From Dendrobates tinctorius (lineage: Eukaryota): a stretch of 64,000 nucleotides of DNA. Under the pieces are notes generated by a model that made no database searches, was not told where the DNA came from, and worked only from the letters and a program-made list of their open reading frames with translations. Positions 39,601 through 50,499 of the stretch are shown in pieces. Position 1 is the stretch's first letter, and each line of letters opens with the position of its first letter. The position numbers were made by a program, and so were the translations under genes. The stretch lies in assembly GCF_039654945.1 (NCBI RefSeq), contig NW_027361792.1, positions 1,612,001-1,676,000 of the forward strand, in the 5' to 3' direction.

Positions 39601-42600
39601 AGTTGAGGCAGGAAATGATGAGGGCATGCACAAGCTTTATAGTAGATTGAGGAAAGGACGGATTTTGGAAATATTTTTGAGCTGGAGACACAGGAGGTAG
39701 AAAGGAGCTTGGATGAGCGGTTTGAAGGACAAGGCAGAGTCAAAGGTTACTCCGAGGCAGCGGACTTCCAGTACTGGGGAAAGTGTGATGTCATATATCT
39801 CTGTACTTGGCCACATTCATGTTTCCTTCAATTGCAACCAGTTGTCCTGTCCCTGCAGCTGAAAAAACACCCCCATAGCATGATGCTGCCACCATTTTTC
39901 ACTGTGGGGATTGTATTGGGTAGGTGATGAGCAGTGCCTGGTTTTCTCCACACATACCGCTTAGAATTATCACCAAAAAGTTCTATCTTCGTCTCATCAG
40001 ACCAGACAATCTTATTTCTCATAGTCTGGGAGTCCTTCATGTGTTTTTTTTTAGCAAACTCTATGCAGGCTTTCATATGTCTGGCACTGAGCAGAGGCTT
40101 CCGTCGGGTCACTCTGCCATAAAGGCCCGACTGCTGGAGGGCTGCAGTGATAGTTGACTTTGTGGATCTTTCTCCCATCTCCCTTCTGCATCTGTGGAGC
40201 TCAGCCACAGTGATCTTGGGGTTCTTCTTTACTTCTCTCACCAAGGCTCTTCACCCACAATTGCTCAGTTTAGCTGGACGGCCAGGTCTAGGAAGACTTC
40301 TGGTGGTCCCAAACTTCTTCCATTTAAGGATTATGGAGGCCACTGTGCTCTTAGGAACCTTGAGTACTGCAGAAATTCTTTTGTAACCTTGGCCAGATCT
40401 GTGCCTTGCCACAATTCTGTCTGAGCTCCTTGGCCAGTTCCTTTGACCTCACGATTCTCATTAGGTCTGACATGCACTGTGAGCTGTGAGGTTATATAGA
40501 CAGGTGTGTGCTTTTACAAATCAAGTACTATCAGTTTAATTACACACAGCTGGACTCCAATGAAGGAGTAGAACCATCTCAAGGAGGATTGCTAGGAAAT
40601 GGGCAGCATGTGACTTAAATATGAGAGTCTGAGCAAAGGGTCTGAATACTTATGACCAAGTGAAATTTCAGCTTTTCTTTTTTAATAAATTTCCAAAAAT
40701 GTCTACATTTCTATTTCTTTCAGTCAAGATGGGGTGCAGAGTGTACATTATTCAGAAAAAAAAAATGAACTTTGTGGAGTTTACCAAATGGCTGCAATGA
40801 AACAAAGAGTGAAAAATGTAAAGGGGTCTGAATACTTTCCATATCCACTGTATGCAATAATGGTATTAGATACCCTCAGGAGAAAGCTAGTAAAGCTAAA
40901 CTCAAGCCAGGATTTTGTGAAAAATTCCAAAACTACATAAACCCCTAATGAAGCCTTGATATAAGTAGATTAATAGAGCAGGGACAAACCTATTTATTTA
41001 TGCAAAGGTAAAAGTCAACTTCGTAACAGAGGTACCAATTTTAAATAGACACACGCATATTTCCAAAAAAAAAAATGTCTGGCATTTGCATGTTTCAGTA
41101 AAGATAAAGTGAAGGGTCTATCCAGAGTTCTAGAACGTTAGCGTGAATTACAACACATGTCCTAATGGTTATCGCGTGTTTACAAGATGTGTGTCACCTG
41201 CAGAGGCTGAGCCGAGGTCCTCTGCAGAGGCTGAGCCGAGGTCCTCTGCAGAGGCTGAGCCGAGGTCCTCTGCAGAGGCTGAGCCGAGGTCCCCTGTGGC
41301 TACAGATGGTGTGTGCATGCTGCCTGTGTCCTCACCTGTAGTTGCAGGGATGCATGTGTGAGGTGCTGGGGAAAGGTCGGTCAACAAAATGATCAATAAT
41401 AATCCCCATGATGGGCTGGGTCCTTTCATACTGCCTGAAATGCAACAAACAAATTGATGTTATTGAGCTGCTGGGCCTAGGTGTCCTATAGGATGTGTTC
41501 TTCAGTGTAGGGGTATTGGTGTAATAATTAGAATAATGAAGGTGCACTGAGCTGGTTTATAAGTGTGCTCCATAAATAATGCCTCCAGATAACTCCTTAT
41601 CTTTGGTGCTCAGGCTTACCGAGTGGACATGAAGGCCAGATTGGTTCTGTAAGCGCAAGTCAAAGTGAGCGTCCCTATGGGCGTCCCCACCGTGCCAACA
41701 CGTACTGCCTGAAACCCTGCAAAAGGCACAGAGAAATGAGGAGTAAACGACCCAAATGCTGATTACATATTGGGATAATCTGAGAATATAGCCAAATCAC
41801 ATGTATAGAGAGAGAAGGAGCTTAGCTATCTAAATAGGCAGCCAGCCCCCTTTACATACTGCTCCAAACATGTCATTACAGGAAAAGCTGTCTAGAGCGG
41901 GACAAACTCCGTATGAAGATCTGCTGAGACCCAAGTCAGCGGATGAAGATTGAAGCATTAAAGATGTATTTTCAATAGCTCATAAACAATCACTGATCAG
42001 GTACATAGAAGATGAATGACACTTGTGCACAGAACCATCAGTAATAAAATGGACGGTCATCGCTCTTGTTAGTGCATGCTCTCTTTACAAATGACGATGT
42101 GGTGCTAAGAACTTGGATTTTTAAGTAAGCTTAAAAATAATTTAACCGACAATCATTTTGCTCATTCGTGGGGTGATTGGCGGCTTATTGATACTGCCTG
42201 ATTATCGGGAAATGAGCGTTCCCAGGAACGATAATCGTCCAGTGTAAATGCACACAAAATGTACATTACATAACTTGCTCATTTAACTTCATTTTTTGCA
42301 GTAAAATACGGAGTGGCCCAAATTGTACCAAAGTATTGGCACAAGATCTGTGCACATTGTAAGCCAAGAGGTGGCATAAGGTGATAAGTGCCAGTGTCAT
42401 AAATTTGATGTCTAGTCTAATTCAGGACAATAATAATGAATCTGCCTCCGAGTGACTATTTTATATTTATTAATCCTTTAAAACAAGTGACCCAGCTTCT
42501 CTGTGAATTTTACAATCATACAAAGAGGGAATGTTTGGCCAGATCTGCTAGAGGGTCGGCACTTGCAGTAGCAACACAGCAGCTGACTTATTACCTTCTT

Positions 42601-44990
42601 TAAGTCCTAAGAGCTGGACGTCTCCAAAATAAATCCTAAAAGAAGAAAAATATGTTAAACACTTGAAATATAAGAAAACTACAATGTGTCATTGGGAGGA
42701 TAGACTAGGGCGGTCCAGATCGATGTTGCTGCTAGCTAAATTTGCAGTTCAGAAGTGGATATTACAAAAACAATCTAAAAAGTCTAATAGATCGGCAGTA
42801 CAGACCTGTAGAGAATGACATATTCATGTCCTTGCTTCCTGGACAACCTGTAAGCAGGGGTGACCCGAGTGACGGCAAGTAATGACTTCAGTAGTAATGA
42901 CAGCCGATTATATACAGTATATGAGACTTTGATGTCCCGGTCACACCTACGACCCAGATAGAAAATAAAACAGATCACAGAAAGACAAGGTTATTGCTAG
43001 TGCTTAGCCTATGTACCTGATGAGAACGTTCTACTTCAGTGACTATCTGTGCACATCTGCTTCACAGCGATGCTACAATCAATCACCTCCCCCAATAGAT
43101 GCAAATATATCCTACATACAGTCAGGATATGACACATTGCTACTGTCTCACTGAGCCATCTGCTGAGGACTTGTCATATCTAATAACGCTGCACACACTT
43201 GATTTAATTTCCCAATACATTGTCACAAGATCAGGAGTAATTTTTTTTTCACCTTCACAAACACCGAGCTAAATGATAACGTTCTAATTCAGGTGTATAA
43301 AAAAATAATTTGTGCAAATTATATAGTAGAGGAATACTTTTTCACACTTCTCAAGATCAGAAAAAATTAAAAAGGTTTACACTAACTTTTCGTTCATTTC
43401 CAGACACCAGACTTCCAGCTCCATGGAGTCTCCCTGAAAAATAAATGCAAGAAGTGAGCATAGAAAGCGGACTGGCCTGACCCTTTGTACTGTTTGGAGG
43501 GTTTGCTACATCTGCATCCAGCGTAGACCATCATGTCCACTTGGCAGCAAGGACTTCAGGCCGGTACCTAATAACCAACCCTTAGGATGATGATACATTA
43601 ATATGGACGATGTGTAACTGACTTTACTGGATGCACAGTGGCAAGCACCGAGGTTTTTCCTAAACTAAACTTTAAGGATTTTCCTGTAGGCAGATGGTAA
43701 CAACCATTGACAGGACAGGTGTTACCTTCTAGATCGCGCTATGAGATCTCCCTAGATTCAGTCCTGTGTGAATGGGGCAGAGGTCGAGGGTACGCACTGA
43801 CACTCCAGACATTTTATATATGTTTGACCTCCATTCCATTCAAGTGGAGGACAGAAGCTCCGCGGGGCTCAGCTGCCAATTCCTCACCAATCTAAAAGGT
43901 ATCTCCGATACTGTGGATAGGTTCTAACTTTTTACCAGAATACCCCTGTATATAACAGGGGAAAGAAGAGTAAAGTAGTAGGGTGCATTTTTTTCTCTGC
44001 TCCCAAAACTTCTTGTTGGTATAAACTTGTCAGATGAGAAATTCGGGGTATAATTACAGGGGTTTCCTATCTCAGACACAAATATCTCTAAATGTAATAA
44101 ACACCTGATCGTACCTCTGGGTCCGGCACCTATTTTGAGGGGAGGATTTTCCCATCTGATAAGACATGTAGACATAGTGGTGGGATCTGAACCTCCATGT
44201 CATATACTGAATATGTCCCATCAGATAGTAAAACAATTAAAAGGCTTTAAAAGAGAATGTTCAGTTTTAGTAATTTTCGCAAGGATGAAGCTGTCCCTTG
44301 TGCCTCATACGCATTAGTCTTTTACCTCGGAGGTCTTCAGGGAGATCTCCACACACATGGAGCGCCCCACGGCTGGCAGCTGGCCTGAAAGCGCTTTCTT
44401 GGCTTCTTGCGTCACCTCGGGGATGTCTTTTATCGCCAAATTAAACTGCAAAAAATCAGGACAGTTAATGCACATCCACATATAAAATATGTATGTGACG
44501 AGACGCCATATTAAAAAAAAAAATCTCTTACCCAGTCGGAACCTGTCGGAGAGGAAGATGAACGAGTGCAAATCTTATCTCCGAGCCGGGCTTGTACGAT
44601 GACCTGCACTGCCTGTCGAATGAAGACATTGCTAATGAAAGTTAAGAACGCTGCAGCAAGAAAAGTGAAGATAATATTTCCCATTATGAGTTACACAGCA
44701 ATCAAAATGTTTCACTTGTATTAAAATTTCGGTCTATGATCAGATCCAAAGAGATCTGGAAAACATTGGAGATTATATAGATATGAGGAGCCGTATGATT
44801 GTGTCCGCACACAGAAGACGCGGTCGAGATTCTCTAAGTGCACAGTGAATCTACAAGATACCAGAAAAATCAATTTTAACACCTTTAACCCATTCCTTAA
44901 TTAAGCCCCTGTCGCTGCCATCTTTGTATGTGTATGACGACCAGCCTGTGGTTAAGCTTCAAACGAGATGATTCATTTCCCTATATACTG

Positions 44991-45038
<48 letters not shown>

Positions 45039-45442
45039 CAGTATGGCATAGGAGGTTCCCATAGTCTGGGAAGACAACAAACTAGGTACAAAAAAGCTAA
45101 AAATAAAAAACCCACAGATCAGCCGATTGGCAGTCATTTAATGGCCAGGATCGTTTAGTGTTAATGCAAGTTTACATTACCTATCGATGGCTTATTCTGC
45201 ATCAATAATTTGAAACATTTTTAAGTCCCCAATTAAAGCCATATTTCAAGACCAAACCAAGTAAAAAAAATTTGAAACTAATCTAGGGCAAAGAATGTAA
45301 GGTTTTGTTTTTTTATCCCAAAATTCTGGGCCTTTCATTAGCGTAAATCTCCCCCATTTAGTTTTGCTTCTACCTTTAATGCAAAGAATTTGACAAACTT
45401 GTCCAGGTCCTTCCGGTCCTGAGGGCTGAGGTCGGAATCCAT
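24528..45442 (-). CDS. ATG13: Autophagy-related protein 13, 17 coding exons, 544 aa if all exons are used
   Basis: HORMA domain [23 protein letters not shown]..., LIR DDFVMV, C-terminus [10 protein letters not shown]; all junctions GT-AG with consistent phase; summed CDS 1635 nt. Confidence 0.97.
25679..25804 (-). CDS. ATG13: ATG13 coding exon 16
   Basis: [42 protein letters not shown]. Confidence 0.95.
26662..26769 (-). CDS. ATG13: ATG13 coding exon 15 (LIR motif)
   Basis: [36 protein letters not shown]. Confidence 0.92.
26872..26949 (-). CDS. ATG13: ATG13 coding exon 14
   Basis: [26 protein letters not shown]. Confidence 0.92.
27310..27430 (-). CDS. ATG13: ATG13 coding exon 13
   Basis: [40 protein letters not shown]. 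Confidence 0.9.
27504..27631 (-). CDS. ATG13: ATG13 coding exon 12
   Basis: [27 protein letters not shown]... Confidence 0.88.
28326..28436 (-). CDS. ATG13: ATG13 coding exon 11 (111 nt, probable cassette exon)
   Basis: [37 protein letters not shown]; phase 0-0. Confidence 0.88.
29630..29728 (-). CDS. ATG13: ATG13 coding exon 10 (99 nt, probable cassette exon)
   Basis: [33 protein letters not shown] resembles the 33-aa insert of the long human isoform; phase 0-0. Confidence 0.85.
30730..30820 (-). CDS. ATG13: ATG13 coding exon 9
   Basis: [30 protein letters not shown]. Confidence 0.93.
31456..32727. mobile_element. Non-autonomous TTAA-targeting (piggyBac-like) element nested in the Tc1-B left TIR
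   Basis: TTAA|CCCCT ... AGGG|TAAA; the Tc1 sequence CTCATTAA-TGTACAC resumes afterwards. Confidence 0.72.
33260..34300 (-). pseudogene. DIRS copy 2 tyrosine recombinase remnant
   Basis: [10 protein letters not shown]...SELAALSC..., VRALRLY..., [13 protein letters not shown]; frameshifted. Confidence 0.82.
34280..35990 (-). pseudogene. DIRS copy 2 RT-RNaseH-methyltransferase remnant
   Basis: [62 protein letters not shown]...[12 protein letters not shown]; frameshifted. Confidence 0.85.
36010..37467 (-). pseudogene. DIRS copy 2 gag-like ORF remnant
   Basis: MSQSKE start; W..SPSVDPPV..., DASLDAA...[11 protein letters not shown]. Confidence 0.7.
38917..39793 (-). mobile_element. L2 LINE 3' fragment nested in Tc1-B
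   Basis: Reverse-complement relative of 13733-14468, with the same tail and [16 protein letters not shown] motif; interrupts the Tc1 transposase. Confidence 0.87.
41198..41292. repeat. 24-bp tandem repeat x4 in an ATG13 intron
   Basis: CTGCAGAGGCTGAGCCGAGGTCCT. Confidence 0.9.
41336..41434 (-). CDS. ATG13: ATG13 coding exon 8
   Basis: [32 protein letters not shown](R). Confidence 0.94.
41620..41716 (-). CDS. ATG13: ATG13 coding exon 7
   Basis: [31 protein letters not shown](R). Confidence 0.94.
42595..42635 (-). CDS. ATG13: ATG13 coding exon 6
   Basis: [13 protein letters not shown](G). Confidence 0.92.
42806..42946 (-). CDS. ATG13: ATG13 coding exon 5
   Basis: [46 protein letters not shown](R). 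Confidence 0.95.
43387..43433 (-). CDS. ATG13: ATG13 coding exon 4
   Basis: [15 protein letters not shown](K). Confidence 0.93.
44326..44445 (-). CDS. ATG13: ATG13 coding exon 3
   Basis: [40 protein letters not shown]. Confidence 0.95.
44532..44612 (-). CDS. ATG13: ATG13 coding exon 2
   Basis: [27 protein letters not shown]. Confidence 0.95.
44993..45036. repeat. (AT)n microsatellite
   Basis: About 21 uninterrupted AT units. Confidence 0.95.
45374..45442 (-). CDS. ATG13: ATG13 coding exon 1
   Basis: [23 protein letters not shown]; exon starts at 45455; donor AAG|GTAG. Confidence 0.95.
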
Positions 45443-46570
45443 TGTGTCTGGAGAACTGCAGAAATGAGAATAAATGATTAATAAAGTGCAAGGAAGAAAG
45501 GCGACAGAGCCAACGAGAGATGCCGGGTCTGACCTGTGCCACACGGCATAACGGCTCGGTCACTTCAGGCAAAATTAATCATTTCACAGAATCAAACACC
45601 AAAAATTCCAATTTTCTGGTTGATGAGAAAGGAAAACAACCAAAGTCGTCATGGGGTAAAGATTTTCTTACAAGCTGCATTTTATCAGCTATTCACAGGG
45701 TAGAAGAGAAAAGTCTGATCACTGGGGGCCGCACAAATCACTACAATGGGGGTCGCCAGCACTTATTTTTCTTCAAGAGAAAAGAAAACAAAAGTGATAT
45801 CAGCGTCTTGCAGTAATAAAACTGGGGGATTGAGACCCCGGTGTGGCCTCAGATCAGACATGGTCTGTAACTAGGATTCGGGAAAAAAAATGGTCACTTT
45901 GGAAAAACCTAGCTGCCATGATCCAACGTGCAGTAACTGGGCTTTTTTCTGTTGTGTTTTTCTGCAGGCACTCGCACCTACATGAGCAAAAGCAATCTGC
46001 TCCTATTGCTGCATTTTTTTTTCCTTTTTTGATGCATATTTGAAGCAGCCTTTTTTAATGCATATTTTAGTGCTGAGACACAGATTCTGCAACTTCAGAA
46101 GCAAATGTGTTTGTTATGTGTGGCTCCTCATAGAAGCATATACATAAAAAATTTGCTTTGCTTAAAACAATGCAGTGGAAAAAAAACAGCAGTTATACTA
46201 GGTGGGAACATGGCGTTAATGTCTTAAGCATACTTTCCTCTCATCCTTTACATATGACCATAGGGTCAATGATGCTACCATTAGGAGGTAGACGCTAAGC
46301 AAATAGATTGTTAGCTCCTCCACCGAGCCATAGCCTTCCTGCAGGCAGAAAGCTAATGAGTTTCAGCCCAGTGTCCAGAGGAGGCAGACCTCCCTGCTCT
46401 GCTGTCACAACTAGGATTTTATTACCTTTCTTTCCCATTAGATTGGAAATACAGGGATGACATGATCTCCCCAATACCCCACTCAGAGAAGGCCGAACCG
46501 CACTGCCGACTACCCTAAATTAGGAAGATAAGAGAGGTGCAGCAGAGCACAAATCCCCTGCAATCCGTTA

Positions 46571-47136
46571 GGCCTGTTTCACACCAGTTGTTTGACGTCA
46601 GTCAAAATCCGCCGTTTTGCAAAAAAAAACGGACCCGCCATTTTTTTGGGCGGATCCATTTTTTTCCCATTGACTTTCATCAGCGGCTGATTTTGACGGA
46701 TGGTCATCCGTTGGATCTGTTTTTTGACAGATCCGCCAAAATTTTGTCATCCGCTGACTACAGTGGACCGACAATGAAATGTTTTTTGTCTGCGGCAAAA
46801 TAGCGGATAGCAACGGATCCGCCGCTATCCGCCATTCATTATAATGGTCGCCTATGGGCGGCGGATCCGTTGCCCTTTTTTTGCCAGAATCCGGCAACGG
46901 ATCCGCTTTTTGACACTGAGCATGCCCGGAAGAATTTCCTTGCCAGAAATCAATCTCTCTCTCCCCCCTTTTTCCCAGAATCATTTTCCTTTACATTTCA
47001 GTCACTCACTACTAAAGCGGATCCGTCAAAAAACGGATCCATTGGCATATGTTTGTGCCACAACGGAAACGGATCTGTTTTTTCACAACCTGGCGGATTT
47101 TGACTGACGTCAAATAACTGAAATGTGAAACAGGTC
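46571..47136. mobile_element. PIF/Harbinger-like MITE
   Basis: TTA|GGCCTGTTTCACA ... TGTGAAACAGGTC|TAA; internal CGGATCCG repeats. Confidence 0.78.
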
Positions 47137-48859
47137 TAATCTATAGAGGCAGCAGTCAACAAGCCCCGGGATGCCCCACCACCAAAACAGGAGACATCCA
47201 AGGAGCAAAGGCCGGAAGTCACCACATCTCTATCTCATTCCTGAACAAACACTGGAAAATCTACCGCCCTGGTAGAAAATAACCCATATCTGCTCCATGA
47301 TGAAAAACTGGTTTAAAAAAAAAAAAAAAAAAAAAAAAGTATTCCTGGTGTTCATATACGGATAAAGGATTGAGAGACTAGGCAGAACAGACTTGAGGGG
47401 CAGGGGGTGTCTGTAGTCAATAATTAAAGCTAAGTAGCGCCGAAGGGTCACTTTTCATGATACGCACTAACTAAAGCATTGCACGGAGGGACTGATAAGA
47501 CTGCAGCTCAAAGGCAGACGCTTTCCTTCCGAGGGGGATATAGGATGCCACGCTCAGCTTTTTGAAGCCAACTCTGCCCTCCTCAGCAGTTTCACGCAGC
47601 GTACCCCTGGGGAGCAGCAGAATCTGAATATTCAGTTATATAAGCTCAGAGTCATCTCCCAGAAGGCACCTGAGATATTAATGAAAGCTTATGAATCCCC
47701 TGTACTTGCAGTACTTAAAACTTCACCTATATCTGGAGGCCGTACAGACTGCACCCACGAACGATCAGGAGCAGCTCTCTGCAACAATTTTACTATTTGA
47801 AATTATTTTTTTTCTGCATCTATAGCAGATTCAGCTCCAAAATCTGCATCAAGGACCATTTCAGATACTCTTTAATGTCTATTGATCTCAAGGTGCCGTC
47901 TTCATCTCCCCAAACTTTTCTTTTAAAGCATTCCCCATTTAAAAATCAATAGGAAGCTAATTTAAAAAGATTATTCAAAGAGGTTTTGTGTAGAATCAGA
48001 TCCAAAATCCTCATGAAAACTCCTCCATATGAACATCCCGTGATCAATAAACGGTACAATGGCTAACAGCTTTATGGACTCTGCATTATTGGCCGTAGAA
48101 TGTGTCATATTTGGAAATTTTGCTTATAATATGTGCACCGAAGACCAGAAGACTCGGATAATTTCTTAGCCACATTTAGATTTATGAAGTGAAAGGGGAA
48201 TATTAGACTAATATTGATACGTTTTATCTTTGAAAAACAAGGCTAGAACATGCAGGAAAAAAAAAAAAAAAAATCGGAATTGTGAATAAAGCCTAAACCC
48301 TCATTACAATGGTCCTCTAACCAGTGCAATTGGCAGTTATCACCGAGCAATACGTCTGGTTAGTTCTCCTATTCCACATAAAGTAGTTTTCTGGGCCTTG
48401 CCTATCCCAATACCAAACCAGTAGGTGTGGAACTCACAGCAACTTTACCAATGAGAAGTTCAGAGGGTGGAGCTGATCCAACATGGGCCATGTCCCCTTC
48501 ATTGTCTTCAGAAACTACTCTGTACATTTTGAAGGATCGGCCTTGATACTTGGTTATTGTCTACAGCACCAGGCACAGTTATTACTAAAAGCAAAGAGAA
48601 GGGTCCCGACGATGTAACAATAAAGGTCTATCCTAAAAATAAGCTGCAGGCATCAAGGATTGAGAAAAAACTTTTGCTAGAGGACCATCCATATAGACAG
48701 CTGCTGCTCCTAGGAAGGAAAGACTCCTGTGGTGTACACATGAGTAATATTGATTCATGGAACCTCATGTACTATAGAAGGAATTGCCTGCAAGATCCAT
48801 GGCTGACGGTAATCCAAGAGGACTGCGGCAGTCCAAAATAACCATGAAAATAGGACAGG

Positions 48860-49565
48860 AACATGTCCATCCAGGAGGAGCATGACAATTGGTCAAGGCC
48901 ATGTCCTTCCAGGAGGAGCATGACGATCGAGCAGGGCCATGAGTATCCAAGAAGAGCATGACGATCGGGCAGGGCCATGGGCATCCAAGAGGAGCATGAC
49001 GATCAGGCAGGGCCATGGCCATCCAGGAGGAGCATGACAATAGGGCAGGACCAGAGCCATCCAAGAGGAGCATGACGATTAAGCAGGGCCATGGCCATCC
49101 AGGAGGAACATGATGATCAGGCAGGGCCATGGTCATCCAGGAGAAGTAAGATCGGACAGCGACATGGCCATCCTGCAGGGCCATGGCCATTCAAGAGGAG
49201 CATGACGATCAGGCAGGGCCATGGCCATTAAGTAAGAACATAACGATCAGGCAGGGCCATGGTCATCCAGGAGAAGTATGAAGATTGTACAGAGACATAG
49301 CCATCCAAATCGGGCAGGGATAGGGCCATCCAGGAGGACCATGACGATCGGGCAGGGCCATACAGGTGGACCATGATGATAGGGCAGGGCCAGGGCCATA
49401 CAGGTGTACCATGACGATTGGGCAGGGCCAGGGACATACAGGTGGTCCATGATGATAGGGCAGGGCCAGGGCCATACAGGTGGACCATGACGATTGGGCA
49501 GGGACAGGGCCATACAGGTGGTCCATGATGATTGGGCAGGGCCATACAGGTGGACCATGACCATC
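48860..49565. repeat. About 38-bp minisatellite with two sub-types
   Basis: CATGACGATCAGGCAGGGCCATGGCCATCCAGGAGGAG grading into CATGATGATAGGGCAGGGCCAGGGCCATACAGGTGGAC. Confidence 0.9.
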
Positions 49566-50499
49566 TAGGAGGACTATGTTGAACTTTTGAGTTCACCCAA
49601 TATACGATTGCGTTACAACAGATTTTAAAAATGTTATCCAGCGTTTCTCACTTCCACTTCAGGAAGTGAGCGGTTCTGAAGTGCCATGGCGATTGCTCAA
49701 GCCTGAGAAAGTGAGCAGCACTGTATTACCCCTTCAAAGGAATATTCCCTAAAAAACATGTTATTCACCATCTATAGTATAGGGGATAACTTACTGATTG
49801 CTGTGGATTCCAGCAGTGAGACCTACAGCGATCCTGAGCTCTGCAGTCTCATCTTGAATGCAGTGTAGGTGCCCATGATTGACCTCTGCTCCATTCATTG
49901 TTTATGGAAGTGTCGATTTAAATACTTTTATGCCCAAAAATGACAAACGTATTCTAGGATTGGTCCCTTTACTGGCTAACCAGAAGACTTATGTTTGCAG
50001 CTTTCAGAGCACAGAGGCTCCTTCTTCATGCAGGTTTACAAAAAATATGGGATGTGTTGTAAGCCGAGGGCAGCGTTCGCTCTATTTACTGCAGTCTCAT
50101 AGACGATTATGTCTGCAGTCAGAACGGGACTGCAGAGCTCAGACCTCAGCATCGCTCCGGGGCCCAGTGCTCGGCCTCCCAGCATATAGCAAGGGATTCT
50201 TTTATTTAAACAATAAACTTTAAAAATAATCAGCACTGACTTGCACGGTGGAACAGTATAAGAACTCCCCCCCCCAAAAAAAAAAACATCACAGAATCCC
50301 CCCCGCAGGGCTACTCATATGGACGCATCGTCTCTTGGCCATAATGTCTCGGTCTGACGCCTATCACAGCATATATTATATATATAGTGTACATTATTGA
50401 GTGAGGGGTAATACAGATGATAAAACCTGACCACAAGGTGGAAGATCCCTCTCATATTACAGCTATGATGCTGTATATATATTGTATGACTTTGCATCT

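Larger units (their letters stand above)
31354..40850 (-). mobile_element. Tc1 transposon fossil (copy B) split by three nested insertions
   Basis: TA-CAGTG...CACTG-TA termini. Pieces at 31354-31455, 32732-32820, 38527-38916 and about 39794-40850 rejoin into one element; transposase motifs [13 protein letters not shown] and QQDNDPKH. Confidence 0.88.

Noticed and set aside
46235-47640. Possible third, very old DIRS remnant (ITR-like GTTAGCTCCTCC segment)
   Set aside because: Too degraded to delimit or confirm by eye
48765-49596. Several 70-140 aa ORFs; regular repeats that superficially resemble a CRISPR array
   Set aside because: Tandem 38-bp repeats with no unique spacers, in a eukaryotic context
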